64,000 nt of DNA, taken from positions 1 through 64,000 of the forward strand of contig JBFWRP010000020.1 of assembly GCA_050248855.1 (NCBI GenBank), written 5' to 3'. Shown piece after piece: positions 1-9,016 of this stretch (positions are counted from its first letter, which is position 1; each line of letters starts with the position of its first letter). The notes under the pieces are model-generated. The model saw only the letters and a list, made by a program, of their open reading frames with translations, was not told the DNA's origin and did not search any database. A program made the translations under genes and the position numbers. Origin of the DNA: Planctomycetota bacterium (GTDB taxonomy: Bacteria > Planctomycetota > PLA2 > JAEUHO01).

Positions 1-87
1 GAGACCGCCTCCGGCCCGGATTCTCGTCGTGCCTGTGGCTCGCTTCGGCCCCGGCGCCCTCGCGACGGAGTGTTTCCAGACAGACCC
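1..87 (+). mobile_element. 174-bp MITE-like repeat, copy 1 (truncated by window edge)
   Basis: 1-69 is identical to 177-245. It ends in the terminal inverted repeat ...GTTTCCAGACAGACCC and is separated from copy 2 by 2 bp. Confidence 0.8.
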
Positions 88-89
88 TC

Positions 90-263
90 GGGTCTGTCTG
101 CAAACGCCTCTTGCTGCGGCCACCGGGGCTCTCGCTGCGCCACGGCCCAACTCGAATCCGGGTCCTCTACGGTCAGGAGACCGCCTCCGGCCCGGATTCT
201 CGTCGTGCCTGTGGCTCGCTTCGGCCCCGGCGCCCTCGCGACGGACCGTCTACAGACAGAGCC
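90..263 (+). mobile_element. 174-bp MITE-like repeat, copy 2
   Basis: Imperfect TIRs GGGTCTGTCTGCAAAC / GTCTACAGACAGAGCC (13/16 complementary). Homologous to the copies at 19068, 48045 and 50898. Confidence 0.8.
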
Positions 264-293
264 TGGCCCCGCGCACCCACGCGCGAGGAGCGA

Positions 294-959
294 CTACGCG
301 CTCTTCTTGATCCGCTTCTTGCGGGCCTCGCGCACCTGCAACAGCTGCATGGGGGCGCCGGGGACGGCCCCCTTCACGAAGATCAGGTTGCGCTCGGGCT
401 CGACGCGCAGGATCTCGAGGTTCTGCACCGTGATGCGCGCGTTGCCGTACTGGCCCGACATGCGCGTGCCGCGCAGCGTGTGCTGGGGCTTGCGGCTACC
501 GATGCTGCCGGCGTGACGGTAGAAGAAGTGCGCGCCGTGCGACTCCTTCAGCGTGGCGAAGTTGTGGCGCTTGATCACGCCCTGGAAGCCGCGGCCCTTC
601 ATGGTGCCGATCACGTCGACCTTGTCGCCGGCGTTGAACACGTCGCAGGTGACCTTGGAGCCCACCTCGGGGATCTCCGCGTCCTCGCGCGTGAAGCGGA
701 TCTCGCGCTGGAAACGGACGGGCTCGCTGCCGGACTTGCCGACGTGGCCGCGGTGCGGCTTGGTCGCCGTCTTCTCGCGGCGGCCCACGAAGCCGATCTG
801 GACGGCCTCGTACCCGTCGTTGGCCGACGTCTTGCGCTGCAACACGGGGCAGGGGCCGGCCTCGATGACGGTGCAGGCCACGGCGTCGCCGTTCTCGAGG
901 AAGATGCGCGTCATCCCGAGCTTTCGGCCCAGGATGCCGCGGTCCAGCATGGTCGCCAT
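294..959 (-). CDS. rplC: 50S ribosomal protein L3
   Basis: Motifs GILGRKLGMTRIF, DGYEAVQIG, DVIGTMKGRGFQGVIKRHNF and NLIFVKGAVPG. Confidence 0.97.
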   Translation of the reverse strand: MATMLDRGILGRKLGMTRIFLENGDAVACTVIEAGPCPVLQRKTSANDGYEAVQIGFVGRREKTATKPHRGHVGKSGSEPVRFQREIRFTREDAEIPEVGSKVTCDVFNAGDKVDVIGTMKGRGFQGVIKRHNFATLKESHGAHFFYRHAGSIGSRKPQHTLRGTRMSGQYGNARITVQNLEILRVEPERNLIFVKGAVPGAPMQLLQVREARKKRIKKSA

Positions 960-1035
960 GGTCCGCTCCCGACCCCGGCGGGCGTCGGCGAGGCGTCATT
1001 CCGCCTCGGACCGCATCCGCCTGGTGAAGCCCAGG

Positions 1036-1063
1036 AAGGTAGGCTCCATGGCGCCGTGGTCAA
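1036..1063 (-). promoter_or_regulatory. putative sigma70-type promoter of rplC
   Basis: Minus strand TTGACC-16 nt-TACCTT about 75 nt upstream of the ATG. Confidence 0.55.
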
Positions 1064-1195
1064 GGTTGGTCGGGGCTCCCGCCGCACGCCGGGACGGAGG
1101 CGGCCGGGAAGCTCCGGCGTCCGCAGCCGGCCCCAGGAACCCGGGGCGGTTACTTGGCGTCCACCCTGGCGACCCTGGCTCGAGGACAAGCGCCC

Positions 1196-1642
1196 ATGAC
1201 GAGGTCCCGCACGAGTGCCGCGCCGGATGGCGACCCCCCTGGTGTCGATCCCCTCTGGATGCGCGAGCTTGGCGCCTTGCCCCGTGAAGATGCCCGCCCC
1301 GTGGTCCGGGCCCGCCTGCTCGCCAGCACGTTGCCGCCGGCCCGTGCCGGTTGGCTCGAGCGCGCGCACCGGGCCGTCGAGCAGTCGTTCGCCCATCGGG
1401 CGGCCTGGGGGGCCGCGGCGTGTGCGCTGCTGGCCGTGGGCGTCGGAGCTGGTTTGCGGCTCGGAGGTGACGACCGCTTGGACGCGCCGCCCGCACAGCC
1501 GGTCGTCGCGCAGGAAGCGGCGGCGAGCGACGGCCGGATCGTCATCCTCGACGACCCGCGCATGGGCCTGATGCACGGTCTGGAGACCTTCGACCGCATC
1601 GGCGTCGCCGACGCGGACCTCCTCGCGGACTGGGGACGGTAG
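1196..1642 (+). CDS. small single-pass membrane protein, possible anti-sigma factor (RseA/MucA-like position)
   Basis: One central hydrophobic segment (AAWGAAACALLAVGVGAGL). It lies directly before an RseB-like gene. GAGG precedes ATG 1196. Confidence 0.5.
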   Translation: MTRSRTSAAPDGDPPGVDPLWMRELGALPREDARPVVRARLLASTLPPARAGWLERAHRAVEQSFAHRAAWGAAACALLAVGVGAGLRLGGDDRLDAPPAQPVVAQEAAASDGRIVILDDPRMGLMHGLETFDRIGVADADLLADWGR

Positions 1643-1647
1643 ACGTC

Positions 1648-2835
1648 GTGAGGCGGCCGCGCGCCTTCGGCCGGATCCGCGCCGCCGGCCGGCTTGCCGC
1701 CGGCGTGTTCGCGGCGGCCGTGCTGGCTGCCTGCGGCGGCGACGGCCCGGCACCGGCGGCGCCGGGCGCCGCGTCCGTGTCGCCCGGCGAGCCCCAGCCG
1801 CTGCCGTCGGCGCAGCCCCGCCCGCCCGTTCGCCTGCGGGAGATCGCGGCGCGCGCGGAGAGGTACACGGCGGCCCTCGGTCACTTCCTCGCCGTGGGCC
1901 CGACCGACGGCACCTGGACCGTCGAGAACCCAAACCGCCTGGTGACGTGGCGCTTCGCACCGCACCCGGACGAGACCGAGGCCCACGTCCTGGCCGAGCT
2001 CGGTGAGCACGACGTGCCCCAGCGCATCGAAGTCGTGCACCGCAGTGCCATCCCGCGCCTCTTCTTCGAGGCCCCGTCGTGGCTCTTCTTCGCCAATTTC
2101 GCGCCCGAGGGACCGCCGGTCATGGCGCCGCTGGAAGCCGCGGAGACCGCCGTGCAGATCATCTGGCGGCCGGTCCACGACGGCGGCGGCCTCACGAGCC
2201 GCCACGTGTGGTTCGACCGCGAGACCGCCCAGCTGCTCCGCATCGAGGACCGCAGCCGGGCCGGGCACGTGGTGCGCACCGTCCGGCGCCGCATCGGCGC
2301 ACCGGCCCTTCTCCAGCTGCCCAAGGACGACGTGCCGGGCTGCTGCGGCCGACCCCTGGCTACGCACGCGGCCGACGACATCCGTCGCGCGTTGGCGGCT
2401 CCGTTCGAGGTGTTCGAGCCGGCCATGCTGCCACCGGGCTACATCCGCATCCGCGCCGACTACCGTGCCTCGGACCTCGAAGAGGAGGGCGAGCCCGTCG
2501 AGGTGCACCGGGCCACGCTCCTCTACTCCGATGGTCTCGGGCTGATCAGCCTCGTGATCGCGCCGCGGCCGGATCTGGACGCCATCGTCTCGCACTACGG
2601 CCAGATGCCTGCGCGCGAGGGGGATCCCAACGGATGCCCCGGTCTCCCGGCCTCCACCAGCGAGGTGCGCGACACGCGCTCGGTCATCCGCATGCGCCAA
2701 GACGTCTGCCGCACGCTGCTGCGGCGCGACGACGTGGCCGAGGACTTGAGCGTGATGCTGCTCGGCCGCAACGAGCTGCCGCTGGAGGCCTACGTGCGGG
2801 CCATCAGCGGTCTCAGGCGCGTGACGGGGCCCTGA
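1648..2835 (+). CDS. MucB/RseB-like sigma-E regulatory lipoprotein
   Basis: Lipobox VLAAC. VWFDRETAQLLRIE, LPPGY and LLYSDGLGLISLVI resemble the RseB N- and C-terminal domains. Confidence 0.7.
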   Translation: MRRPRAFGRIRAAGRLAAGVFAAAVLAACGGDGPAPAAPGAASVSPGEPQPLPSAQPRPPVRLREIAARAERYTAALGHFLAVGPTDGTWTVENPNRLVTWRFAPHPDETEAHVLAELGEHDVPQRIEVVHRSAIPRLFFEAPSWLFFANFAPEGPPVMAPLEAAETAVQIIWRPVHDGGGLTSRHVWFDRETAQLLRIEDRSRAGHVVRTVRRRIGAPALLQLPKDDVPGCCGRPLATHAADDIRRALAAPFEVFEPAMLPPGYIRIRADYRASDLEEEGEPVEVHRATLLYSDGLGLISLVIAPRPDLDAIVSHYGQMPAREGDPNGCPGLPASTSEVRDTRSVIRMRQDVCRTLLRRDDVAEDLSVMLLGRNELPLEAYVRAISGLRRVTGP

Positions 2836-2993
2836 CACGGCACCCGCTTCTAGGCTGCGTCTCCCGCAGGACGGGGTAGAAGGGGGGCAACCCGCGGAGG
2901 CGCCGCCCGCGGGCGTGGGCCGGGCCTGGGCGAGCCTCCACCAGCGGGGGACCTTTCCGAGGCCCGACTTCTTCGTCCGTCCGCGGAGGGTCC

Positions 2994-4445
2994 GTGTACC
3001 GCCTCTTCCTCGCGCTCCGCTATCTGCGTAGCCGCCTGGTCAACATGATCTCCGTCGGTGGCGTGATGGTCGGCGTGGCCGTCCTCATCGTCGTGACCGC
3101 GGTGTTCGACGGCTTCCAGGAGCAGGTTCGCGCCACCGTGCGGGGGACGCTGTCGCACCTCGTGCTCACGCCGCGTCGGCCTGCCGATGCGGGTCCCGAC
3201 TGGAAGCAGGAGCCGTTTGCAGACCTCGAGCGGCGGCTCCTCGCCCACGACCCGCGCATCGTGGCGGTGGCGCCCCAGATCCGGTTGCCGATCGCGTACC
3301 CCTACCGCAGCAACCGGCTCGAATGGGCCAACGTCGACGGGCTGACGCTGCACCAGATGGAGGCCGTGGGCATCGACTGGGCGCGGGAAGCCAACGTCAG
3401 CGACCTCAAGAAGAACCTGCTGGCGGGCGACCGCGAGAACCCGTTCTTCGATGCGTGGGGCACGGAGCGCGAGAAGTCGATGGTGCTCGTCGGCCGTACG
3501 TGGGCCGAGCACATGAAGTTCTGGGGCCCGATGGACTTCCGCCGCGTGACGTCCGGGCCGATGGGTTCCGACGGCAAGCCGATGTACGAGCCCGGGCCGG
3601 CTCCCCCGCCGGTCGAGGTCGATCCGAACGACCCCATGGCCCAGTTCGCCCCCCAGCAGGACCCGCGGCGCTTCATCAACGAGATCCGCGTGTACCTCGC
3701 CACGTTCAGCAAGGACCCGACCTCGGGCGAGATGCGCATGGACCAGCAGAGCACGAACCCGCTGGTCAAGGGCATCTACGACGGGCACGACGCCACGTCC
3801 GAGATGACCCAGATGTACTTCGACATCGACAAGCTGAGGAAGGTATCCAACCTCGAGCAGGAGTACTTCGAGGTGCGCATGCGCCTGGAGGACTACCACG
3901 ATGCCCAGGAGATCCAGGCATCGCTGGAGAGGGCCTTCCCCGAGCTCGACGTGCAGACCTGGGAGGACTTGAAGCGCGACTTCCTGCAGGCCGTCGAGAC
4001 CGAGAAGGTCATGCTCGTCGTCGTGCTGTCGTTCATCGTGTTGCTCGGCGGCTTCATCATCCTGGCCACGCTCACGCTGACGGTCGTCGAGAAGACGAAG
4101 GACATCGGCATCCTCGGGGCGCTCGGCGCGCCGCGCGCCGGCATCCTCCGGGTGTTCCTCACCAACGGGCTCCTGATCGGGATCATCGGCTCGTTGCTGG
4201 GACTGGGTTTGGGGTACTGGTTCGTGCAGAACGTGGACGGCGTGCGCGCGTTCGTGGCCAAGACCACGGGCGTGGACCTGTTCCCGGCCAACATCTACTC
4301 GTTCCGCTACATCCCGACCGTCTGGCAGTGGGGGACCGTGCTCACGATCATGGGCGGCAGCGTGCTGATCAGCTTCCTGGCCGGCTTGTTGCCCGCGATG
4401 CGCGCGGCCCGCCTCGATCCCGTGAAGGCGCTTCGCTATGAGTGA
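2994..4445 (+). CDS. lolE: lipoprotein-releasing ABC transporter permease LolC/E family
   Basis: N-terminus FLALRYLR..ISVGGVMVGVAVLIVV; V.EKTKDIGILGALG; C-terminus AARLDPVKALRYE. Confidence 0.88.
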   Translation: MYRLFLALRYLRSRLVNMISVGGVMVGVAVLIVVTAVFDGFQEQVRATVRGTLSHLVLTPRRPADAGPDWKQEPFADLERRLLAHDPRIVAVAPQIRLPIAYPYRSNRLEWANVDGLTLHQMEAVGIDWAREANVSDLKKNLLAGDRENPFFDAWGTEREKSMVLVGRTWAEHMKFWGPMDFRRVTSGPMGSDGKPMYEPGPAPPPVEVDPNDPMAQFAPQQDPRRFINEIRVYLATFSKDPTSGEMRMDQQSTNPLVKGIYDGHDATSEMTQMYFDIDKLRKVSNLEQEYFEVRMRLEDYHDAQEIQASLERAFPELDVQTWEDLKRDFLQAVETEKVMLVVVLSFIVLLGGFIILATLTLTVVEKTKDIGILGALGAPRAGILRVFLTNGLLIGIIGSLLGLGLGYWFVQNVDGVRAFVAKTTGVDLFPANIYSFRYIPTVWQWGTVLTIMGGSVLISFLAGLLPAMRAARLDPVKALRYE

Positions 4446-5196
4446 CGCCGCGACCAAGGCCCCCGGGCGCGTGCTCCTCCAGGCGCGCGGCGTCACCAAG
4501 GCCTACAAGCTGGGCAGCACTAAGCTGCAGGTGCTGCGCGGCATCGACCTCGACGTGCGGGAGGGCGAGATCCTGGCCATCCTCGGCAAGAGCGGCTGCG
4601 GCAAGAGCACGCTGCTCCACGTGCTGGGCTGGCTCGACCCGGCCGACAGCGGCTCGATCCACTTCGAGGGCCGCGACCGCGCCAGCGTGCCGCAGCGCGA
4701 ACGCGCGCGGCTGCGCAACGAGGTCATGGGCTTCGTGTTCCAGTTCTACCACTTGCTGCCCGAGCTCACGGCGCTCGAGAACGTGCTCATGCCCAGCATG
4801 ATCCGCTACGGCCGGCTGGCGTGGCCGAAGCACAGGAAGGCCGTCACGGAGCGTGCGCACGCGCTGCTCGAGCAGGTGGGCCTGAAGGAGCGCATGGCGC
4901 ACCGCCCGCGCCATCTGTCCGGCGGCGAGCGTCAGCGCGTGGCCATCGCCCGTGCGCTGCAGAACGAGCCGCGCTTCCTCTTCTGCGACGAGCCCACGGG
5001 CAACCTCGACGGCAAGACGGCGGACGAGATCCGCGAGCTGCTCTGGCGCCTCAACCAGGAGACCGGCCAGACCATGGTCGTGGTGACGCACGACGCCCGC
5101 ATGGCGCGCCAAGCCGACCGCCTCGTGCACATCGAAGAGGGGCACGCGCGCGAGGGCCACGACGTGGACCTCGTCCAGGAGATCGAGCGGGAGTAG
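4438..5196 (+). CDS. lolD: lipoprotein-releasing ABC transporter ATP-binding protein
   Basis: Walker A GKSGCGKS, GFVFQFYHLL, LSGGERQRVAIARAL and DEPTGNLD. Overlaps lolE. Confidence 0.9.
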   Translation: MSDAATKAPGRVLLQARGVTKAYKLGSTKLQVLRGIDLDVREGEILAILGKSGCGKSTLLHVLGWLDPADSGSIHFEGRDRASVPQRERARLRNEVMGFVFQFYHLLPELTALENVLMPSMIRYGRLAWPKHRKAVTERAHALLEQVGLKERMAHRPRHLSGGERQRVAIARALQNEPRFLFCDEPTGNLDGKTADEIRELLWRLNQETGQTMVVVTHDARMARQADRLVHIEEGHAREGHDVDLVQEIERE

Positions 5197-5197
5197 C

Positions 5198-5326
5198 GCG
5201 GGGTGGCGGGGAGCTTTTCCGCAGCTTGCCGCCCTGCTCTTGCGCCTGCGGAGGCGCCCATCGGCAAGCGGCGGAAGAAGTCCCCGCCTCCGTACGGCCT
5301 TTGCCGCTTGCACGGTGAGCTGACAC
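5198..5326. repeat. REPIN-like 98-bp hairpin (class B) plus ~30-bp conserved flank, degenerate copy
   Basis: Homologous to 36303-36431. The right arm ends CCCCGCCTCCGTAC. It lies between convergent genes. Confidence 0.75.
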
Positions 5327-5428
5327 CCGGAACGCGCTTGTGCAAGCGGACGCGTTTCGCGTGGGGTCACACGCCGTGCCCGCGTCGCCGCTTCGCGGCT
5401 CCCCAGCACGGGTTCGGCCCCCGCGCTC

Positions 5429-5881
5429 CTACTGCGGTGGCTGCCAGGACTTGAGCGCGCGCGGCGGGCCGAGCACCTCGGCGAGCAACACGGCGCGCCG
5501 CAACGCGGCCCGGCCCTCGCCCGGCGCGCCCACGAGCTGCAGCTGCCGCCGGGCGGCGGAGCGTCGCTCCTCGGCAAGCGACGCCCACACGGCGCCCATG
5601 CCCGTGTCCGTCCCGACCGAAGTCGGGGCCCACGTGGCAACCGTCATCTCGGGGACCGCTTCGACGGGCGCCCCCTCGGACGCGAACGTGTCCTCGATCG
5701 GTCGATCCTCGTCCGGCGGGAGCCACGGCTCGCGTTGACGACCACGTCGCGTGCCCTGGCGGGCCTCGGGAGGCCCTTCGGCTTCCTGCTTCTGGCGCCG
5801 TTTGCGCTCGGCGATCTGCCCGACCACCCAGATGACGAAGGTGAGCAGGAAGACGACCAGCTCGCCGCTGATGCCCTTCAT
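5429..5881 (-). CDS. YqfB-like membrane-anchored protein
   Basis: N-terminal TM and C-terminal LAEVLGPPRA motif. Position after floA matches the yqeZ-yqfA-yqfB operon. Confidence 0.65.
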   Translation of the reverse strand: MKGISGELVVFLLTFVIWVVGQIAERKRRQKQEAEGPPEARQGTRRGRQREPWLPPDEDRPIEDTFASEGAPVEAVPEMTVATWAPTSVGTDTGMGAVWASLAEERRSAARRQLQLVGAPGEGRAALRRAVLLAEVLGPPRALKSWQPPQ

Positions 5882-5884
5882 GGA

Positions 5885-6931
5885 TCAGGCCTCGCTGCCG
5901 TCGCCGGGGCGACCGGCGTCGGGGCCGCCCAGGCTGTCGCGCATCTTGGTGTCGGCTTCGACGTTGCGCAGGCGGTACCAGTCCATCACGCCCATGCGCC
6001 CGGCGCGTAGCGCCTCGGCGACGGCCATGGGGATCTCGGCTTCCGCGAGCCGCACCTTGGCCTCGTTCTCGACCACGAGGGCGCGGTTCTCCTGCTCGTG
6101 GGCCACGGCGAGTGCGCGCCGCTCCTCGGCCTTGGCCTGGGCGACGCGCTTGTCGGCCTCGGCCTGGTCGGCCTGCAGGCGGGCACCGATGTTCTGCCCG
6201 ATGTCCACGTCCGCGATGTCGATCGAGAGGATCGTGAACGCCGTGCCGGCGTCCAGGCCCTTGGCGAGCACCGTCTTGGAGATCATGTCGGGGTTCTCGA
6301 GCACGGACTTGTGGGAGGCGGCCGAGCCGATCGTGCTGACGATGCCCTCGCCGACGCGGGCGATGATGGTTTCTTCCGTGGCGCCGCCCACCAGCTGGCT
6401 CAGGTTCGTGCGCACGGTCACGCGGGCCCGGGCCAGCACCTGGATGCCGTCCTTGGCCACGGCGGCAACCTCGCGCTTGTCCTTGCGCGGGTCGGGGCAG
6501 TCGATCACCTTCGGATTGACCGAGGTCTGGATGGCGTCGAGCACGTCACGACCGGCAAGGTCGATGCCCGCGGCCGTCTTGAAGTCCATGGGAATGCGTG
6601 CGCGGTCGGCGGCGATCAAGGCGCGCGCCACGCTCTCGACGTTGCCGCCGGCAAGGTAGTGCGCCTCGAGGTCCTTGGTCTCCGCGGGCAGGTTGGCCTG
6701 CACGAGCGCGATCTTGCTCTGCACGATCGTGCTGGCGTTGACGCGCCGGAGCCACATGCCGACCAGCTCGAAGAGGCTGATGTTCGCGTTGGAGAAGTAG
6801 GCCTGGATCCACAGCTTGAAGAACTTCAGGAGGATCACGAGCAGGACGAAGACGACCAGCAGGCCGACGACGAGCAGCACCGTGCCGGCGTCGACGGCGG
6901 CGGTCGGCTGGAGGGCGAGGGCGAGGCTCAT
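5885..6931 (-). CDS. floA: flotillin-like protein FloA (UPF0365/YqfA)
   Basis: Motifs [33 protein letters not shown] and [21 protein letters not shown]. Confidence 0.95.
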   Translation of the reverse strand: MSLALALQPTAAVDAGTVLLVVGLLVVFVLLVILLKFFKLWIQAYFSNANISLFELVGMWLRRVNASTIVQSKIALVQANLPAETKDLEAHYLAGGNVESVARALIAADRARIPMDFKTAAGIDLAGRDVLDAIQTSVNPKVIDCPDPRKDKREVAAVAKDGIQVLARARVTVRTNLSQLVGGATEETIIARVGEGIVSTIGSAASHKSVLENPDMISKTVLAKGLDAGTAFTILSIDIADVDIGQNIGARLQADQAEADKRVAQAKAEERRALAVAHEQENRALVVENEAKVRLAEAEIPMAVAEALRAGRMGVMDWYRLRNVEADTKMRDSLGGPDAGRPGDGSEA

Positions 6932-7455
6932 GGGCGGGTCTCCGGGTCGGGGGGGTTGCTCGGGGCGGAACTGGGTGCGGACGCGGTCGGGGCCAGGTCC
7001 ACGCGGATCTCGGGGCCGTCGACGGCCAGCACGACGAGCTCGCTGTGCCGCGGCAGGAAGCCCGTGACGGCCACCACGCTGATGCGGGCCTCGCCAAAGC
7101 GCGCCATGCCCGACGGGCGGAGGTCGCTCTCGGCCACGCCCTTCGCGCCCACCAGGGGGCGGTGGTCGGGGAGGCCCGGCTCGGGCGGGGTGGACGGCCC
7201 CGCCAGGATCATGCGCCGTCCGAAGCCGAAACGGGGCAGGACGCGGAAGGCCGTGCGCAGCGTGAGCGGCACGGCAACGGCCACCGCGGCGATGAGCGCC
7301 CAGCCCACGACTTGCCCGCCCTCTTCGAAGCCCACGACGAGGCCGAAGAGGATCGCGGCTCCCGCGGCCAGGCCGAGCAGGCCCATCGAGGGAAAGAACA
7401 CCTCCGCCACGATGAACGCCAGCCCCACGAGAAGGAGCAGGAGCGCCAGGATCAC
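6928..7455 (-). CDS. short NfeD family protein (TM + OB-fold)
   Basis: GTG start overlaps the upstream stop (GTGA). [11 protein letters not shown] region and the C-terminal G.A.SDLRPSG NfeD motif. Confidence 0.85.
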   Translation of the reverse strand: MILALLLLLVGLAFIVAEVFFPSMGLLGLAAGAAILFGLVVGFEEGGQVVGWALIAAVAVAVPLTLRTAFRVLPRFGFGRRMILAGPSTPPEPGLPDHRPLVGAKGVAESDLRPSGMARFGEARISVVAVTGFLPRHSELVVLAVDGPEIRVDLAPTASAPSSAPSNPPDPETRP

Positions 7456-8987
7456 GCGGGGGCCTCCTCGACTTCGCGGACCACGACCACGTGGCCCTCC
7501 GTGCGCAACACCACGACGGGTCGCTTGGCCTCGACGTAGCCGCCGTCGGTCACCACGTCCACGATGGATGCACCGAAGCGTGCACGGCCCGAGGGCCTGA
7601 GCACGGTCAGCGCCACTCCGCGGTCGCCGACGTGGGCGGGCGCGGTGATCTCCGCCCGCTCGAGCCCGCCCGCGGGCAGCACGCCGGGTCCTCGGTGGCG
7701 ACCGCCCAGGCGACCGGGCATGGTGCGCGCGGCCACCACCACGACGGCGATGCAGGCCAGCATCGTGACCACGAACTGGAGGCCGAAGCGCACCACGGCC
7801 TCCTGCGTGAGGGGGATGTCGTGGTCGGGCAGGGAAGCCCCGGTCGTGAGCAGCAGGGCGCCGAACGCGAGGCTGGCGATGCCCAGCACGCCGGCGATGC
7901 CGAACCCGGGAAGCACGAACACCTCGACGGCCAACAGCACCAAGCCGAGCGCCAGCAGGAACAGGGGCAGGCCGTGCAAGTGCTCGACGGTGCCGGTGAT
8001 GAGCAGCAGGAGCACCAGGGCCGAGGCGCCGATCACCCCCGCCAGCGTGCTGCCCTGCCAAAGGAACAACATGGCCCCGATGCCGATCACGGCGGCCAGC
8101 ACGCCCGTGATCCCGAGCAGCCAGCGACCGGCCCGCTCGCCGGCGGACATCGAGATGCGCTCGAGCGTCGCACCGGGCGCCTGGATTGCGGCCAGGAACT
8201 CGTCCTCGTCCGCCGGCAGGCCCTCGGGGCCGATCCGCCGGTCGATGAAGCCGACGTCCAGCGCCTCGCGTCCCGTGAGCGTGAGCAGCTGCCCCTTCGC
8301 GACGACGGGTGCACCGACTTGTACGACGTCCTCGGCGCGCAAGCCTGCCTCGGGCACCACGATCCGCTCGGGGTCGTCACCATCCAGCGCCGCGCCCTCG
8401 ACGAAGAAGCGCCGCTCGCCGTTGCGCTCGCGGACCTCCAGCACCTCGAGGTGCTCGCTGACCATGGCTTGCGCGAGCAGCACCGGATGGTTCTTGCGGT
8501 CCGCGTAGGCGCGGAACCAGGCGCGCAGCACCGTCTCGATCTTCTCGCCGACCGGGATCGGGGCGCCCGTCGGGTTCATGAGGATCGGCTGGCAGTCGCC
8601 GATCGTGGCGTAGGGCGTGAGCACGATCTCGTCGCACGCCAGGCTGATCCAAGCCGCCGCGCTGGAGGCCTCCTTGGGCACCCAGGCTATCGTGTGGATG
8701 GAGTCCGGCATCTCGAGCAGGGCGTCGCCGATCTCCTTGGCCTCGACGATGAGCCCGCCCGGCGACTCGACGCGCAGGATGAAGCAGTCGATGCCCGCGG
8801 TCTTGGCGGCCTCGAAGCGCCGGAGCAGGTAGGCCCGCTGCATGGCGTCGATGGGGCCCTCGAGCTCGACCATCCACAGACGGTGGAACGGCCCGCGAGG
8901 CTCGCCCGGCGCGTGCGCCTCCTCGGCAGAGGCGGCGGCCAGCGAGCCTGCGAGGACGACGAGCAGGGCGAGGACGACGCGGACCAT
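7452..8987 (-). CDS. nfeD: long NfeD family protein (ClpP-class protease domain + TM + OB-fold)
   Basis: Motifs [30 protein letters not shown] and LRPSGRA. Confidence 0.9.
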   Translation of the reverse strand: MVRVVLALLVVLAGSLAAASAEEAHAPGEPRGPFHRLWMVELEGPIDAMQRAYLLRRFEAAKTAGIDCFILRVESPGGLIVEAKEIGDALLEMPDSIHTIAWVPKEASSAAAWISLACDEIVLTPYATIGDCQPILMNPTGAPIPVGEKIETVLRAWFRAYADRKNHPVLLAQAMVSEHLEVLEVRERNGERRFFVEGAALDGDDPERIVVPEAGLRAEDVVQVGAPVVAKGQLLTLTGREALDVGFIDRRIGPEGLPADEDEFLAAIQAPGATLERISMSAGERAGRWLLGITGVLAAVIGIGAMLFLWQGSTLAGVIGASALVLLLLITGTVEHLHGLPLFLLALGLVLLAVEVFVLPGFGIAGVLGIASLAFGALLLTTGASLPDHDIPLTQEAVVRFGLQFVVTMLACIAVVVVAARTMPGRLGGRHRGPGVLPAGGLERAEITAPAHVGDRGVALTVLRPSGRARFGASIVDVVTDGGYVEAKRPVVVLRTEGHVVVVREVEEAPA

Positions 8988-9016
8988 GGCCGGAGTCTAC
9001 CGACCGCGGGGAGGCG

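Noticed and set aside
29..310. Short ORFs sharing 'VARFGPGALATEC' peptides (also near 19055, 48180 and 50950)
   Set aside because: These are translations of the repeated element, in inconsistent frames and lengths, not a protein family.
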